A stretch of DNA of 64,000 nucleotides from the human T2T-CHM13v2.0 reference genome, Homo sapiens. Each line of letters starts with the position of its first letter. Position 1 is the stretch's first letter. The stretch is taken from the NCBI RefSeq assembly GCF_009914755.1, contig NC_060931.1. One strand, written 5' to 3'. Positions 59,878-64,000 of this stretch are shown piece by piece. The notes beneath the pieces are model-generated. The model ran no database searches. It worked only from the letters and a program-made list of their open reading frames with translations, and was not told where the DNA came from. The position numbers and the translations under genes were made by a program.

Positions 59878-62107
59878 AAAAAAAAAATTAGTTAAAAATA
59901 GTTATTTTAACTAACCATATAATTTTAACCTATCAGCTGTTTAGAAATGACTGCAATAGAATTGAATGTAGAAGGAAAACTCATTTAATTCATTTGTAGA
60001 AGCCAATTAAAAGTATTTTCATTTAAAATCACATTGTTTTGTCATTCAAGCTGCCAAACGATATATTATTAGTCTGTGATTTTTATCTTATAGGCCAATA
60101 TGAGGTCTGTATGATGTCTGAAATCTGTCACAATGTTCACTTATGACCCACCCCATTTGTCAGCTTAGAGAGCGTTTTTTATTTCTGTCAGTGTGCTGGA
60201 ACAAAGGATGGCCTTCATGAAAGGTAGCAGAAGCACTGAGGTCAGAGATGGGATTTCACTCAGCTACTCATCAGAGACCTTGCCTCTTTAGTGTGAACAT
60301 GATACTTCTGACCTCATCACAGGTTGCTTTGTCTCCAAGGAAGTAACCAGGGACAACTTGAGAAAGTCAGGCAAAGTAAGTTGCCATTGACAGATGGTGT
60401 TCAGCTGATAGAAAGAATGAATGGAGAAGCTGACAGAGAAAGATGCCAAAGATCGGTATAGCTTTCCATTTGGTATAGCAGAAGATGTATCAAATCAAAG
60501 CCATTTATATACATTTACGTAAAAATCCCACTTCTAGGAATTTAGTTAAAGGAATTATAAAGGTGATTTTAAAAACTTGCAGCGCAAAGCTATTGGTTGC
60601 TGCATTCAATCTAGAGTAGAGAAAAATTAGAATAACCCAAATGATCAACAATTTTAAAAATTGAGTAAATTATTATAACATCCACTCAAAGAAATGTTAT
60701 GCACCCATTAAAAGTCATCATTATGAGAACTATAGAAACAAGGAATATGTTATATTTTTAAGTGAAAGTCATAAAATGTATACATGTGGACATATTATAC
60801 AAAAATGTATATTTTGCAGATAAAACTCTGGGAGTGCCTGCTCTTAACAAAATAAAGTTCTTTATTGCATTTGTCACAATATTGCTTCTGTTTTAAAAGA
60901 GAAAGACCAGTTTACAAAACAGGGGTAACTCTTAGCCCAATTGAGTTATTTTTCATTAACTCCAGGGGAAAATCAAAATCATACTCATAAGTCACTTCTC
61001 CACAATATCCAATAAGATACTCAGGCAGGACCTCAGAAAATTCTATGAGAAGTGACTGATCTTTAACTTAACATAGATTTGAAAGAGAATATGATATTTA
61101 CAGAATTTATTTGGTTCTCCACATTGATTTGATTGTGGCAATAACTTTGGCCTTCTTTGCCATTATTTTGTACATGTTAATAACAGTGTGCCTATAAGCC
61201 ATGTATTTCCCAGGAGATCTGAGCCTCCTACTTTCCAAATGTGTAAGATCTATAAAATGGAGGTAATGGTAGTGACATCATTGTTTCTGTGGGGATTACG
61301 TGCAATTATGTATGTAAAGCCCTTGTTTGGTGATTGCTTTGAAGCACAGCTTCATCGTTTACAGGTCAGTTCACTTTCCTGTGCCTGTTTCTTCATCTGT
61401 CAGACCTACCTCCTAGGGTTATTGTAAAGAATCTGCATATATGGAGCACTTAGGACACTGCCTGCTACATGTTCACAACTCACTAGACATTAGCTATTAT
61501 TATTGTATTTTCTCCTGAACATCATACCTGCAATTTGAATAAATTGTAAGAATTTGAATAAGCTGCAAGAGGTTTAACTGTCTTTACACAACCGCTATCA
61601 TGAAACTCTGCCATGACTCAGACACAGCCAAGCTTCCCTCTGGCAGAACTAAAGGTAATTAGCATGATTTCTCCTCACCACCCCCCACCCCATTATTATT
61701 TTAAAAGAAAACTAAGGAAGGAGGAAAAATAAGAAAACCTTTTAAACATTTGCAAAGTTCATATAAAATTATACTTTAAAGTGGGGGTGATCAATAAGAA
61801 AGTTTTTGGAAACTCTCAGGGCATATTTTTTGTTTGTTCGCCAGAGTGATGGAAAGGGGGTACTACTAGCAATAGTTATGGGGAGGAGATGCTGTATGTC
61901 CTGCAATGTCCAGGTCAATAGTGCACAAAAAAGAATTGCCCTGCATCCTTCATGACTTTCAAATGCCCCAGGAGATGTTCATATAAATGAAAAATCTGTT
62001 TATAAGTATCAAAGCCTGTAATTAACTATATTTTAAATGTAAACACAGTATTTTTTCCCTTATCCTAATTTATTGCCTTTCTATATTATAAAACAATTAG
62101 GGCCTAT

Positions 62108-62708
62108 TGTGCTGACCCCGATTGACTCCTGTGGGGATGGCACTGTGTCCAAGAGGCCAAAGAAGAGACCTGGTGCCAGCAAACGAGATGTAGAGTTTAT
62201 TGAGGACTTTTATATAGGGATGGTCCAGTGGCAGTGGGCTGGACAGGAACACTGCTATCATTTGTAAAAAGCATGTAGTATGGTCAGGCATGGTGACTCT
62301 GGCCAGTAATCCCAGCACTATGGGAGGCCGGGTTGGGAGGATCGTTTGATGCCAGGAGTTTGAGACCAGCATGGGCAACAAAGTAAGACACCATCTCAAC
62401 AACAACAAGAAAAATCATGCAATTTATATAGCATTTTCACTTAGCACCCTCCACCTCATAACCTCCACTTAGCAGCCTCCACCTAGCAAAACTCCATTTA
62501 ACCCAAAACAAAGTGCCTCAGTTCCTTGCATGTCCTGCATTACAGGGAATGGCCCAGAGGTTCAAATGTCCTTCATAGATAAGGAGCGAGTCTCCAGGTT
62601 GGCCACTTGCAATTTCTTATGTGGAGATTCTGACCAACACATTGTTCTTAGACCATAGAGTATCTCAGGCTGTGCTTCAGTTATTACTATCAGGTACGTC
62701 TGCCATAT
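62108..62708 (-). mobile_element. ERV1-class LTR-like element (family not assigned) containing an Alu monomer at ~62281-62412
   Basis: GAGTTTATTG (minus-strand polyA signal) near the left end; LTR-like composition. Confidence 0.45.
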
Positions 62709-62789
62709 GGGCTTCTAGTAAAATATTTAGATATTCAGAAACATTGTAGAAAATATTATTTAGGAAAAATGAATATTTCATAATCCCAT

Positions 62790-63155
62790 ATTTTATGGAC
62801 TGAATTGTGTCCTCTCAAAATCCATGTTGAAGCCCCAGTCCTCAGTACCTCAGAAGGTGACTGTATTTGGAGATAGAAGTGTGCCCTAACCCAGTCTGAC
62901 CAGTATCCTTATAAGAAGAGGAAATTTGGACACACAAAGAAATACCAGGGATGCTCATATACGGAGGAAAAAACCACGTGAGAACACAGGGAAAGCGGCC
63001 ATCTGCAAGCCAAGGAGAGGGGCCTCAGAAAAAAACAAACCAGCTGACACCTTGATCTTGGACTTCTCGCCTCCAGATCTGTGAGAAAATAAATGTCTGT
63101 TCAACCCACCCGTTCTGTGGTACCTCGTTATTGCAGCCCTGGCAAGCTCATACAC
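62790..63155 (+). mobile_element. MLT1B/C-like LTR
   Basis: ATGGACTGAATTGTGTCC...CCTTATAAGAAGAGG...CTGCAAGCCAAGGAGAG...GTGAGAAAATAAATGTCTG. Confidence 0.85.
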
Positions 63156-63369
63156 TACTCCTCCAGATTCTTCCAGATTTTTTCTATGTGCAGACTAGCA
63201 AATGGCACAACTTCCTTTTATAGAAATGTATTTCTTCAACAGATATTTATTAAATACCTACTATCTTCAGGGAATAGATACATTGGTGAACAAAAAGTTC
63301 CTACTGAAATGAAATCATACCAAATGTACAAAAACTGCTTGCTCTTTTCACTTAAAAAATATATCTTGA

Positions 63370-64000
<631 letters not shown>

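Overview
Primate, almost certainly human, genomic DNA (it carries a near-consensus AluYa5). The window is mostly interspersed repeats: Alu, L1, L2, MIR, MaLR/ERVL/ERV1 LTRs, and hAT and Tigger DNA elements. It holds one complete protein-coding gene, YAE1 (C7orf36/YAE1D1), on the + strand with three coding exons at 43960-44088, 48047-48168 and 49818-50247 (681 nt, 226 aa), driven by a CpG-island promoter with paired ETS sites. About two thirds of YAE1 intron 1 is an antisense processed pseudogene of TMX1, with polyA signal, decayed tail, target-site duplication (TSD) and a later Alu insertion. Downstream lie a solo LTR12C with a rearranged TSS region, a strong CTCF motif, and an ~83-bp inverted copy of local unique sequence inserted into an Alu. 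The most testable new ideas are a possible ATG-only upstream first exon for YAE1, the intronic antisense TMX1 copy, and the templated inverted insertion. I found no evidence of a genuinely new multi-gene system. Repeat subfamily calls and comparisons to reference sequences are from recall, not database searches, and most repeat boundaries are approximate.
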